DNA of 64,000 nt from Sphyrna mokarran (Eukaryota), in assembly GCA_024679065.1 (NCBI GenBank), contig JAGIQG010000013.1:52638001-52702000 (forward strand), in the 5' to 3' direction. The translations under genes were made by a program, and so were the position numbers. The notes beneath the pieces are model-generated. The model saw only the letters and a list, made by a program, of their open reading frames with translations, did not search any database and was not told the origin of the DNA. Positions 25,722-37,844 of this stretch are shown here, in pieces; position 1 is the first letter of the stretch; every line of letters starts with the position of its first letter.

Positions 25722-26551
25722 CCAACTCGCCTCCAACTTGATTTTCAAGTTTGCCAATGACACCATCATAAGGGGCTGAAGCTCAAACAATAATGAGGCA
25801 AAGTACAGGAATGACAAAGAGAATATGGTGAATTGGTATGATGGCAATAATTTCTCCCTCAATGTCAAAATGCAGGAGATAGTCATCGACATGCTCATGT
25901 GTACATCAACGGAGATGAGATAGAAATGGTTCAGAGCTGCAAGTTTTTTGGTGTCCAGATTACCAACAACCTGTCCGTTCACCCAACGCTGACACTTTAG
26001 TTCAGAAAGCCCACCAATACCTCTACTTTCTCAGAAGACTAAGGAAATTTGGTATGTCACCAACTTCTACAGATGCACCACAGAAAGCATTCTCTCTGGT
26101 TGTATCACAGTTTGATATGGCTCCTGTTCTGCCCAAGACCACAAAAAGTTACAAAAGATTGTGAATGTAGCCCAATCCATCACACAAACCAGCCACCCAT
26201 CCATTGACTCTGTCTACACTTCCTGCTGCCTGGAAAAGCAGCCAGCTTTTAAAGGACCCCATGCATCCCGAACATTCTCCCTTCCATCTTCTTCCATCAG
26301 GAAACAAACATCTGAGATCATGTACCAATGACGCAAGAACAGCTTTTTCACTGCTGCAGTCAGACTTTTGAATGGAATGTGTTGCATTAAGTTGATCTTT
26401 CTCTATACTTAGCTATGACTGCAACACAACATTCTGCACTCTATGGTTTTCTTCCCCATGAATGATATGCTCAGTCTGCACAGTGTGCAAGAAATCATAT
26501 TTTTCACTGTATGATAATACATGTGAAAATAATAAATCAAATCATATCAAA
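25722..26551 (+). mobile_element. Rex1/Babar-clade LINE 3' fragment
   Basis: Translates to FKFANDTII..NNNEAKYR..NNFSLNV..VYINGDEIEMVQSCKFFGVQITNNLS, typical of Rex1 RT. Ends in an AATAAATCAAATCATATCAAA tail. Confidence 0.85.
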
Positions 26552-26603
26552 AGCAAGCCAGGTAACATCTGAGAAAGAGTGTTGATGTCTCAGATTGTTA
26601 ACT

Positions 26604-26856
26604 CATAAACATATAATTCCAGTAGTGCATAAAAAGGCTCATCGAGTCTGCATTGACCAAATGAAGCAACATCCCACTTAGGACATCCCCTCCACCCTAT
26701 CCTCATAACCTCACACATTTACCATGGCTAATCCACCTAACCTACAAATGTTTGAACACTAATGGGCAATTTAGCAGTGGTCACTCAAGGCCAGAACTGA
26801 ACTTTGGCTCCTGGTGCTATGAAACAGCAGTACTAACTACCGTGTTACCACGCACC
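26604..26856 (-). mobile_element. HE1-like SINE, internally deleted
   Basis: CCATGGCTAATCCACCTAACCTACA body and CAGCAGTACTAACTACCGTG head (reverse complement). Confidence 0.75.
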
Positions 26857-27404
26857 AGGACAAAAAAAAAGAAAACCTGATTCAAAATGCTCTATAATTC
26901 CTGGAAATTCCAGTTCAAAAAATGCAAGCCTCCATAGAATATGTTACTTACAATAGTATGTCGAAGTTATACATATCTTGAAGCCGAAAAAGACTTGCAG
27001 AAATAATTTTAGTTGAAGACTATGGTGAACCATCGCTGAAAACAGCTAAAAGAATGGCTAAAGCTGGTATCAGAATAAAACAAAGTTTATAGATTGTATT
27101 TTTGACAGCATCATCTTTTGCTGCTTTGAATGTTGACTTATAGGACTAACAGTGACTGCGACCTTTAGCTGTGTGAAATTAAATTCCAGCTATTAAAGAT
27201 AGCTTTCTCCAGGTGAAAATATGGTCTGCTCTATCTCTTGGGGCGGGAGAACAAAGGAGTCCATATCATATCTAAGCCAGAATGGTCACATTTTCTCAAA
27301 AAAAAAGATCAAAAATTATTTATTTCTCTTACAGGCAGTGAATTAAATTGGAAAATTAGTTTTGCCAGAAAGTTCAAAAATAAATTATAAAGCATGCATA
27401 TGCT

Positions 27405-27556
27405 TTAATCTTGTTAGGCAAGGGAATCAAAGATTATCGGGGGTACACTTAAGTGTGGAACTCAAAACATAATCAGATTAGCCACGGTCTCACTGAAATG
27501 GCAGAGCAGGCTTTACGGACCGAATGGCCCACTCCTGCTCCTATTTTGTGTGTTTA
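27405..27556 (+). mobile_element. CR1 3' end
   Basis: AGGGAATCAAAGATTAT..GGACCGAATGGCCCACTCCTGCTCCTATT. Confidence 0.8.
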
Positions 27557-28030
27557 TAGATGGAATTAGGACATAACCAATTAACAATTTCATGGACCAA
27601 GATGAAACATCAATGTTTAAATCAAATTCTCAGCATTTAAATCTTGATAGGCTATGCTGTTGCAGAAAATCTAGTTCAGAATCCACATTTTAGAATATAA
27701 CTTATAGTTTCAGAATTATAGAATTAAATGCAAGATAAATAGCATAGCTGAAATAAGAAACTGATAAGCAACCCTGATGTAAAGGCAACTCAAAAAAGCC
27801 TACGTTTTGTTAATCCATAATTATCTTACAAAGTCAGAGTTGACAGTGAAATAAAAAAAAACTGAAGCCAGGCTGTGCTTCTTTATTTTGAAACAACAAG
27901 CTAAAAGGTCAGCAATTCTGGCAAAACAGGTCGTAACACTCTATTAGAGTTAAAATGATTAATTTGGGTTGCAGAATCTTAGTTGTGTTGAAGGGAAAAT
28001 AATTTGTTTGTATTTCTATTTGAGTTATCC

Positions 28031-28327
28031 ATGGAGGCACAGTGATTAGCACTGTTGTCTCACAGTGTCAGGAACCAAAATTCAATTCCTGGCTTGAGTC
28101 ACTGTCTATGTGGAGTCTGCAAGTTCTTCCCATGTCTAGGTGGGTTTCCTCCTGGTGCTCCAGCTTCCTTCCACAAGTACCAAAGACAGACTAGTTAAGT
28201 GCATGCTAAACTCTCCTTCAAAGTACCTGAGCAAGAGCTGGAGTGTGGCGGCTGGGGGAAATTTCACAGTAACTTCATTGCACTGCTCACATAAGCCTAC
28301 TTGTGACACTAATAAATAAACTTTAAA
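28031..28327 (+). mobile_element. tRNA-derived SINE (V-domain body, AATAAATAAACTT tail)
   Basis: GGCACAGTGATTAGCAC head and TCACAGTAACTTCATTGCA..CCTACTTGTGACACTAATAAATAAACTTT tail. Same family as 2140-2408. Confidence 0.88.
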
Positions 28328-30092
28328 CATTTCACATTGCCATGGTAATCATGTTTCAGAAGGAATGCCCGGTAAGGAGATTCATTTGTTTAACTGAACT
28401 GTGTATGTTTCCTAACAAAGATGCCAATTGATATGGATTGGCAACAGGTAGACAATTGCCATGTTATTCATGGTGAATGATTCCAACTCATGGAGCTGGG
28501 AGAACCCAAAGTATGTTAGGCAGTTAGTCCTGCTCTTTAAGCAGAGCAAATATTGACCTTGTGGGACACATGGGATTCTATCTCAGTTTGGATTTCATGA
28601 GGGAAAATCACCTGGAAGATATGATCTAGCTCACAGCTTATGGAACAAATCTACAGTGGTCATCACATGGCCCTGTTGCAAAAAGCAATCAGCAGAGTTA
28701 GCATGTGTAGTTATGGGAAGTCAGCCAGCAAACTGAACAAGGAGTAGAGACATCCACAGCTGTGAGGTCTGTAAAAGAAAACCGGAGGGCTGTGTAATCA
28801 AAAAATCAATGGAAGGAAACCCCTTGAATCTTATCCCAGAGGATCCCTGGAACATGGAAAAGAATTAAAGTGAATTACAAATCATTGTGGCATATCTTTG
28901 GGCTGGTCCCTTAAAAGTGAATAAATCTTCAATATTTTGTAAGTTAAGGGAACACTTGGGAAAAAAAAACTATGATCACGTTCATGCCATAAATTATTAC
29001 AATATATTTTGTTCAGTTAAAATGCTGGTTTTCTTTAATTCTTACTGTATATTTCAGGTGTGGGAGAGGAGAATTGAGCTCAGTAACGGGCTGACCATTG
29101 GGCAAAGGAAATTAATACATCACAGCAGCACCTCTCACTGCAGAGAGCGGGGGGGGGGGGGACCGTCTCTGCATAAACGTGAAATAGATAGCACAAACGA
29201 AAGATGGATTTTTCACTGTAATCTATCAACAGGAAACAGATGAATGTCCTTGCCAACAGCACCAAAACTGTAATAAAAATATGATTAAATGACCATTGCC
29301 TGAATGGACATTCCAACCATATACCACTCAAAATTACGATGTTACCAATGGGACACAATTAAATATCTATTGTCTCGGGCCCACTTTTTTGTACCATTTA
29401 TAAATAATTTACCAGTGTGTGTGATGGAAACAACTATCTTTATTAGAAGTTGTAAGAAATGCCCAAAAAAAGGCTGACTGTGCACAATCGAGCGAAGCAG
29501 ACAGAAGAAGCCTTAGGAATTCTTCCGTTCTCTCCTTAACGTTAAGAAGGCAATAAAGGGACCAGCGTTCATGAACAATGTGTCCAGATATCATTTGAGT
29601 AGCAATGCAGGTAGATAGCCTGAAACAACCACATGGAAATGCCTGCTATACTTGGATAAACAATGATGGTTTATGACAACAGGGTAATAGGTATTCAAAG
29701 ACAAATCCAGATGCTAAAATAAGAACATAACGTTTGGCAAGTAGGTACAAAGGATTTGAAATTTCAAAGGAAGAGGTATTTATAACCCATGATGGATTCT
29801 GCTGAAACTACTGACTGTTTTGTCTATTTCTAATGCTTTCTGTTTTTATTTAGGGCATTTTGAGACCGTTAGGCGAATTCAGAATTGCATATTTGCAGTG
29901 GCTACACTCCAGCAAATAGAGCAACAATTAACAAATTAGCATCTACAATGGTGAGGAAGGAGCATGGACTGTAATACTATATACTTAAAGAGGAAATTAC
30001 TCCTATTATTATACACTTTAACAGAAACAGACAAAGCAGGAATGTTTTCAATTAAGTAATAATACATTTTATGTGCACTAAAACCATTTTTA

Positions 30093-30237
30093 GTCTGTGC
30101 TGATTTAACTGATCTCAGCTGGACAATATTTTGGATGAAACAACTGGTCTTACTGCCCTTGAGCAAAGAAGGGGAAAGTAGTCAATTGGAGCTTCCACTG
30201 TTGACTACTGTCTCACGATTGCACTTGACACTGACAT
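30093..30237 (+). repeat. Fragment of an old SINE-like interspersed repeat
   Basis: GTCTGTGCTGATTTAACTGATCTCAGCTGG resembles 36880-37175 (+) and 49970-50140 (-). Locally duplicated at 31158-31282. Confidence 0.5.
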
Positions 30238-30314
30238 CAATCATAATGAATTAATCCCTAACATCCACGATAAACTCTCAAAATCCCCGAATCCTTTCTT
30301 CTGTATCTTCCTTT

Positions 30315-30990
30315 CTCCTCCTTCTTAGACAGTCTCTTGGGAACAAGGATGAGTTGCTTCTATTCTGATTCAATGAGTTTGGAGACGATTGATAAATCTG
30401 AGAAGGGATCTGGAGACCCTGTCACATGCGAGGCAGGAGGCAGGTAGCATTTGAAGAGTTGGATAGATAGGTTGGTAGGAGATTCGTGCACTGTCTCTGA
30501 TATCTCAGATTGCTTTCATGTATTCCCCACAATGATGTCTTACATTGTGTTTGGTGTCTTCCAAAGAATCTTCTCCATTTTGATCATCATAAGCCGGGGA
30601 CTTCCAGGTGTCAGAAGTGATGATTGATTGCTTCGGACTGCTGTGAGGATATTCCTAAAGTATTTCTGTTGTCCTTCTGAGATCGTCTGCTGCAAGTAAA
30701 GTCCAAGTAGGAAATTTCCTTTCGGAATCTGGCACATGAATGATATGTCTCAACCAGCAGAGATTGTTTCAACTGATTAACATTTCAGTGCAGGACATGT
30801 TGGCTTTAGAGGGGATGCAGCCATTATGTATTGCCTTTTTTTTGCCACTGGGTTTGAAAGATCTTGCATAGGCACTACTGGTGGTACTTCTCCAAGCCTT
30901 CGCACTTCCCGCTGCAGGTTATCAAAGTCGTATATAGGATAGCAGAGATCAGGGTTGCTTGATAAACAACGTCCTTTGACTTATTTATTG
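30315..30990 (-). mobile_element. RTE-clade LINE 3' fragment
   Basis: The minus strand gives LEKYHQxCLCKI and GQQKYFRNILTA (ORF 30540-30737), resembling the RTE C-terminal GGQRKRFKDTLKA. It ends in a GAAG/GGAG-rich tail. Confidence 0.7.
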
Positions 30991-31039
30991 TAAACACTTA
31001 AATTATCATCATCCATCTCCTCTTTCAAAAGCCTTCTAA

Positions 31040-31680
31040 AACAACTTGCATTTATATAAGCATCTCTCGCATACTGAAACATCCCAAGCCTTCACTGTAG
31101 TGTTACCAGATGAAATTTGACATCAAGCCATAAGTCTGGATATTAAGGTAGAACTAATCTTAGTTGGACAATATTTTGGATGTAACAATTTGCCTTAATG
31201 TTCTTGAGCAAAGGATGAGAAAGTAGTCATCTGGAACTCCCACTGTTGACAATTATCTTATGATTGCACTTGACTCTACACATAGAACTAAAAGTTTCGT
31301 CAAATACATTGGTAAAATAACAACAAAGGGAAAGGGAGAGGTAGAGAACAGAAATAAATAAGGAGAGTCTTTTGAATTAGGGCCCAGACAGTGCAAGTCA
31401 CAGTGATCAATGCTGCAGCGGTGTGTTGTATGAAAAAGCCAGAATTGGAGCAGAACAGAAGTCTTGAAGAATTGTAGAGCTGGAGGAAGTCAAGGAGATT
31501 GGGAAAGGGTATGGGTCATGGAGGAATTTCAACACAAGAATGACAATTTAAAAAATAAACTAATAAGTGGTCAAACCAGGAGCAAAATGAATGTCAACAA
31601 GAATGGGGGTGATTAATGAACTGGATGTGATGCAAGTTAGAATATAAGCAACAGAGTTTTGGATGAGCACAAGTTTATAG
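31040..31680 (-). mobile_element. L2-clade LINE 3' fragment
   Basis: AACAACTTGCATTTATATA tail (reverse complement) and TTGTAGAGCTGGAGGAAG..GAGTTTTGGATGAGC body typical of L2 3' ends. Interrupted by a 125 bp insertion. Confidence 0.7.
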
Positions 31681-32179
31681 CGCATTATTTTGCAACTATT
31701 TCTCACTCCTAACTCTCCTTCCATGGTTTGGTGCCTATTTCTTTCCCAGCTCTGTAAGGTGCCTTGGGATGCTGTGTAATGTTAAAGGCACTGTATAAAT
31801 GCACATTTCTGCCGTTTGTATTCAAATGCAAATATTGGCTATTTGTGCCAAGATGTGGGGAATAGTCAATAATAACAGACCTGAACCACATTTCAGCCAC
31901 TGTCTTCAAAAGCAGAGAGTGAAAGAACAAAACAACCTAATTCTTTTGAATCCTAAATTTTAATAACTTAACCAACTTCATGAAGCATCACCCACCAAGA
32001 AATATCAACCCTACTATCATACCAGATCATTAGCACAATAATAGATGAATGAAGTTATCTGTAAACACTAAGCAGTAATATCCAGAGCCCTCACCCAAGA
32101 GGATGCATTCTGTACAACCATCATTGTTACACTGCAAATAAACAGGTTAGCGACAAACTCCTCAAATGAAGTAAACAGT

Positions 32180-32720
32180 AATAAGACTGAGAGGGTAGAA
32201 TGCAGACAGCAGCAGTACAACTTAGTGCAACGAGTGGAATGTAATAAGAGAAAGGGATCCAATTGAGAGAGAGGGAGATTGTGAAATATCTCTATGGAAA
32301 CCTGGCATTCCATTCGGATTCAATTCCTCATTCTTTAACATATGATTGAATCCAGCTTCTGTATTCCCCATTGCAGGAAACAGGCAGTTCGCTTGCTTGG
32401 AAGAAGGGGAAATGAAGGTGTTAAATGCGAGGTCCATCAGATTATAGAATCTCTTTTGATTTGTATTATCACCAAAACCAGATTTTTATATTCATTTTCT
32501 CTGTGGCATCATGTGGATTTGATGTGAATTAAGAAACCTGGCAGGCATGAGATTTTTTTTCTCTAACCCCTGCAATGCAGACTATCTGATTTAATCTCCA
32601 GCAAAGCACCATTGCAATTACACATGATAAGAGAGACCAATACAATTATCTAACCAACCTAATTTTATATTACATGCAGTGTGCAATAAATGTGAGTTAT
32701 GCCCTCTGAAAATAAATGAA
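32180..32720. promoter_or_regulatory. Candidate conserved non-coding element / enhancer
   Basis: Repeat-free high-complexity block with several TAAT/ATTA, GATA and TGATT motifs. Conservation was not tested. Confidence 0.3.
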
Positions 32721-34019
32721 ATTTAATAAATTCATACAAATAGGAAAGTCATCATTGAATATGAAAAATGTAACTTTCCACTACCATGTTAGAAGTTCAA
32801 AAGCATAGATTTAAGAAACCAATAAAAACACTACAAGGATTACAATAGAATATTAATTTTTACACAATAAAAAAAAATATTTTATTGGTGTTTCATGTGG
32901 AAGCAAACATTTTTAAGCCTGCTTCTTTCGAGTCCAAGAAATGGGCTAAATTTCCATTTCCACTTGTCAGCTTGCTTTTAAATGCAAATGTGTGGCATAA
33001 AGACCAGTTCAGTGATGGTAGATGAACGGTATTACATCAGTGAAAATAATTACTGCAGCTGTGTATACAGTTTAATGTTCTGATTATGTGGAGGGCTACC
33101 TTGGAAAGGAAGCTTCAGAATAACATTCTCACGCACCAGGTTACTTGGCTAAAAAGGCAATAGTCATCTATCATCTCTGATAGAGCTATCAGTTCTCCTG
33201 AGCAAATGTAAGAAGGTTTGTGTGCGGATGTGTGTGTGGGGGCCAGTAAGCAGGGTGCTGGGGGGAGTGAGAGCAGGGGAGTTGGACGAAAGAGACAGGC
33301 GGTACACTTTTCAATCCTTTTACTGCAATTGTACAATGCAAGAATAACCATGTGCAGTTTATCTGTCCTTTTTTTATGCTATAATAGAACACGTCACTTG
33401 CTCATTACTTGACATAGCTGATCAGTGTTTCATTTGTTTAGGGTGAAAAAAAAATGTTGGTTTCTAAATTTCTTTCAGTCAAAGTTGAAAAACTAGATGA
33501 TGAGAGATTTGAAGAAAGATTCAATAATCCAATACCCAAGTTTAACAAAACCACAGTTCTTCCAAGTTCTGATGAACTTGGCAGCTCTATTAATGGGAAT
33601 TAGGAGGGTGGACCTTTCACGGACTCAATACACAGTTATCAATTGGAATCAAGAACATGTAAGAAAAAGTTTTAGAACAGGCATTTGGGTAGTGCTTACT
33701 ACCTCGTAAATGCTTCAGATTCACTGAAATCCTTTTTTAAGTGCAGGAAACATGGTGGCTAATTTGCATGTAACAAGGTCTAAAACAGACCAGATAATCT
33801 GTTTTGATGATTTTTACTTAAGGATCAGAAGTCTTTGGGGTAGTCCTTGTATCAAAAACCAATCCTATGGCTCAGAAACAAGGATACTAACACTCAACCA
33901 CAAGGAACAACTACCTCTCCTCATCACTTTGGCACCCATTCCATAAAAGAACATTAGTGTGCCTTTAAGAAATTTTTTTTTTAAATCACGTTCTCTGCAG
34001 ATTGTAAGCAATTTTTTTC

Positions 34020-34802
34020 ACTTTAACTGAGGAGTCCTTTTATTGCTGTTCAATGGTTTAAATGGGGTTTTATTTATTTTTACTCTGGGCTTCATACTGA
34101 GTCTGGGACTTTCAACCTCCTGAATTGTTGGAGAAAGAACGATTGACAGGTCAAATAGCAGAAGTTCTTTCACTTTCAGTTTTAGGCTGCTAGTTGCTGT
34201 TTTTGTCAGAAACTTCCTGGTTTTCAAATTGCTGGCAGGTTTTCTCTCTCTGTCCCTGCTATTATAGATCCTGCTGACAAACCAGAAACAGGTATTCTTG
34301 CCTTCCTGGAGTGAAAACTCTACTGTTGGTGGTTTGCTAGCTAGTAACCAGAGGCAAGCAGGGTATCTGCCTCCTGAAGTGGTTTGCTGGGAAAAACTAA
34401 AGGTCAACAGTAGCATTATCTCTACCTCAAGTTCTGCTGGAAGTTACAAGGCTGAGGAATCAAGAGTTTCAAATCTCCAACTGAAGTACCAAGTTCTGGT
34501 AATTTTGCATTAAGCCTGTGGCAGGGGTATGTTTTAAGGAGCTTTGTTTGGTTGGAACATTTCATATCATTAAGATTTATATAATATCATGGTTGTTTTT
34601 TTCCTCATTTGTAACTTGTATGAGTTACTGCTATATGTTAACTGTGATCTTGAATAAACTTTGTTTGATTAGAGCTCTCCAGTGGTCATTTAAATCATAC
34701 CTAAAGTGAAATAGCTCATGCTTACTCGAGCCAAAATTAAATTGCAAGACTTATGGTCCAGGCAGACTTCATACAACACTCGAGTTTCTGACCAGAATTA
34801 CA
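34020..34802 (+). mobile_element. Solo-LTR-like block
   Basis: AATAAA at ~34653 followed by a U5-like segment ending in ..GAATTACA. The 5' boundary is uncertain and there is no coding remnant. Confidence 0.45.
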
Positions 34803-35706
34803 GGCGATTCTGTAAGCCAATGTCTTAACAAATAGCTGTAGTAGTAAAGTATTACAGTATTCCATGATTGTAAAATGCATGTCAGTTATTTGACTGAACA
34901 AAAATAAGTTAACTTGGAATATATTTTAATAAATACCCAAGCTTTCAGTAAAACTTTCAGTTCCATCAAAATATAGCCACAATGATTTTAGTTACATGAG
35001 AACGATAGAGGCACTGAAAAGCCCAAGAAACCAAGCAGAATATACTAGCCATATGGAAGCATTAACAATACCATAAACAAGAATGTTGAAAAACATTCAG
35101 CACAGTTTTTGTTAATTCTCCATCTTATTCTGGATAAAGCAGTTGCGTAATTGAAATTTTGCTGAAACACCTGGTATATTGCAATAACAATATTATTTTA
35201 TTGCAGTTACCATTCTCCTCTCTTATGCAGCTTGATCCATTGAATAACGGATCCTCAAAAGTAATTGCAATGAATCAATTAACAATCTGAAGAATTGTAT
35301 GATATGGACAGAGAATGTTAAATGTTGACTTCCTGAATTTACCAGTGATCTTATTACCACAAACAACTAAGTAACCTAGAATGATTAATAACTTGACTAA
35401 TAAGATAATGCTTTGTCAATAGGAGTAAAAATAAAAGATTCTATAACAAAGGCCAGAATTTTCAGGCCCTGCTATAGTGAACCCAATGCAGGGGATGCAG
35501 CAAAGAAAAAACTTTCAGCAGGACCAACAGATGTTGGGGTGAATTTTCATCCTCTTCACACCAGGGATTATTTTTAATAGATAAAGATCCTGGTCATATC
35601 TGAAGCTTTGTACCAACTGTACTCAAGATAAAAGTGTAACCTTAATGTTATTTTGTTAACATTTTATGGATACATGAAGAAAATAAATCAAGTGTTATTT
35701 GGTAGT

Positions 35707-36684
35707 TGTGATGATGGATGTTTTTTCCATCTGAGGAGAATATGGTGATATTCTGTAAAAAAAAATCTGTGCGCACTCATTTGTTTGTCTGTGTGTGTGT
35801 ATATACGTGTGTGTGTATATATGTGTGTGTGTGTCCATGATTACTTAAATTGAGGGAGACAATTTATTTCTGAGAATTGCAATAAAGGGCTAGATGTGTT
35901 AGGTTATGCATTTGTAATGAAAAATTATGGTGAAGTTGAATCTACAAGTAAATAAGTTGGATTTAGCAGTTGCATTATAACATAAGTGTAGAGTTGGCTT
36001 TTCAGCAATTGATTTTCGAAAGGGAGTTTAGAAGTGACATGGAACTTCTATAACTTACAAAGGTTTAAAGTAAAGAAGGGAAGATCCATTAAATTTTCAA
36101 AGCATTATTTGGGGACAATGGAATCTGAGATGAAAGGGAAAAGTAAATTTAAGGAACAAGGTTTAACTGAGTTGGGTGGCTGTGCGAGGAAATATCTTGA
36201 GCCAAGGTGGTGTAGGAATTGAGGCAGTCAGATTCAAGCAAGAAAAAGTCTTTGTTTTTCAGAACGCAATTTGTTTCTGAAGCTTGATTTTGAATTTCCA
36301 CACTGCCATGGAAATGTTTCAGGAGTTGTATGATATACCTTCATTAAGTTGGAACAATTCTTTGCTTTGGGTAATATTACTGGATTTTATAGTTTAAAAA
36401 AAATAAGTGACTGTTGTCAAGAACATAATTTATTTGTGTGTCTTTTGACCAAGTGGGTTCTTGGAGGTTGTTCTCAAAGATTTGTGTAACTTTGTGTGTT
36501 TTTTTCGTATTAATAAGTCTTTCAACTTTTAAAATCCTAAAAGATGTTGCTGGAGTTCTCTGCTTTTGGGGTCAATAGCTCTTCCTCCTCATCTTCAAAA
36601 TACAAAAAGATTTATGGCCAGTAAGAAAGAATTTCCTCTGGGATCTAGCGTGTTCAGCAAATAACATCTGCTGCAGTCATAATA
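35707..36684 (+). mobile_element. Solo-LTR-like block
   Basis: Starts TGTGATG. The 3' end (AAATAACATCTGCTGCAGTCATAATA) resembles the end at 53010-53038. Contains a TG/TA microsatellite. Confidence 0.45.
35788..35834. repeat. Imperfect (TG)n/(TA)n microsatellite
   Basis: Directly visible. Confidence 0.9.
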
Positions 36685-36696
36685 GTACAGAATTTA

Positions 36697-36822
36697 AATA
36701 TTGCTGAAAAAATGTTGTCAAAGCTTTTTGTCTTGCAATCAGTTACATTAATATTCTTGCAATTGTCCTGGTAAATACAAGACACAAAGATTCAATGAAA
36801 TGTCTTTTCTTAAACAATACTC
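36697..36822. mobile_element. Inverted pair of Penelope-like hammerhead-family ends (same family as 185-350)
   Basis: Minus strand of 36711-36742 reads CTGATTGCAAGACAAAAAGCTTTGACAACATT. Plus strand 36755-36810 reads TCTTGCAATTGTCCTGGTAAATACAAGACACAAAGATTC. Confidence 0.65.
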
Positions 36823-36877
36823 AAATTGAAGTTAGGATTTTGATGGAAAAATGTACATCACATTATCTGCTATAACA

Positions 36878-37175
36878 GTTTAGTGGGTAAATGTTTGAGC
36901 CATACAGGCTAAAAGACACCCAGTTAAATACAGAATCTCCGCTGAGTTAACTTATTTTAACTGAGTACAAATTTAGGCATTAAGAATTGTCGTTAATGTT
37001 TCTCGACTAGAAAGAGGAAATAATCAGCTGAGAATTCCCGAATCTAGTTGCTATCCAGAAACTGCTCTTGAAAATATAGATACAGGATAATAGAGGACTA
37101 AATTGGTTACAGCTGTGCTACCTCTTCTGTTGGATAGCCTGCTGACACATGCTCTCTAGGTTCATACTTAAAACC
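36878..37175 (+). mobile_element. Old SINE-like interspersed repeat
   Basis: TAGTGGGTAAATG..GAGCCATACAG..GCTGAGTTAAC..GATAGCCTGCTGACAC. Homologous to 30093-30237 and 49970-50140. Confidence 0.5.
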
Positions 37176-37649
37176 TCCCAATATAGTGTGAAACAAATAC
37201 TTAAAAAAAAATGAATGCCTTGAGGACAGAAGGCAACAGAAGAGCAGAAATTAGTTAAGTATAGTATTTGAGCCTTCATCGTGAATATAAAATGTCAATC
37301 ACGTGGAACGTGCCCATTTCCAACTATGAGAATCACTGTAAACAAAAGCACAAAACTGTATTGAACAGACACATTAAGTTTCACAGCATATTATCAGACC
37401 TAAATATATCTTTTAAGTAATTTCAAGATTGACACATCAGTTGGCAGTATAAACATATCAAGCTTTGTTCCTGTTGTTCACGTGAACTATTCTGAGTTAT
37501 TTACTAAAATCACTTACAAGCAAAATAATGTGTATTTAGCAGTTCTCACTGTTAAAAAACAACAATAACAAGTTAGGAACATGATATTTAACAACATATC
37601 AGGTAACAAAATTGAAGTATTGCAGACTTTAGATCATGGAATTCTCTTC

Positions 37650-37802
37650 CAAACAGCACCGTTAGTGTATCTACACCAAATGGACTGCCATGTTTCAAAA
37701 AAAAAGCACTCATAACCACCTTCTCATGGGCAATTAGGGATGGGCAATAAAAATTCTAGTCTTGTTAATAACACCATATACCATGAAAGAATCAAAAAAA
37801 AA
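37650..37802 (+). mobile_element. 3' tail of the CR1-group LINE family at 13025/54330
   Basis: ACCACCTTCTCATGGGCAATTAGGGATGGGCAATAAA followed by an A-rich end. Confidence 0.75.
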
Positions 37803-37844
37803 GTCACAGACATAGAGGCTGCTGAATAAACATCACTAGTCATG

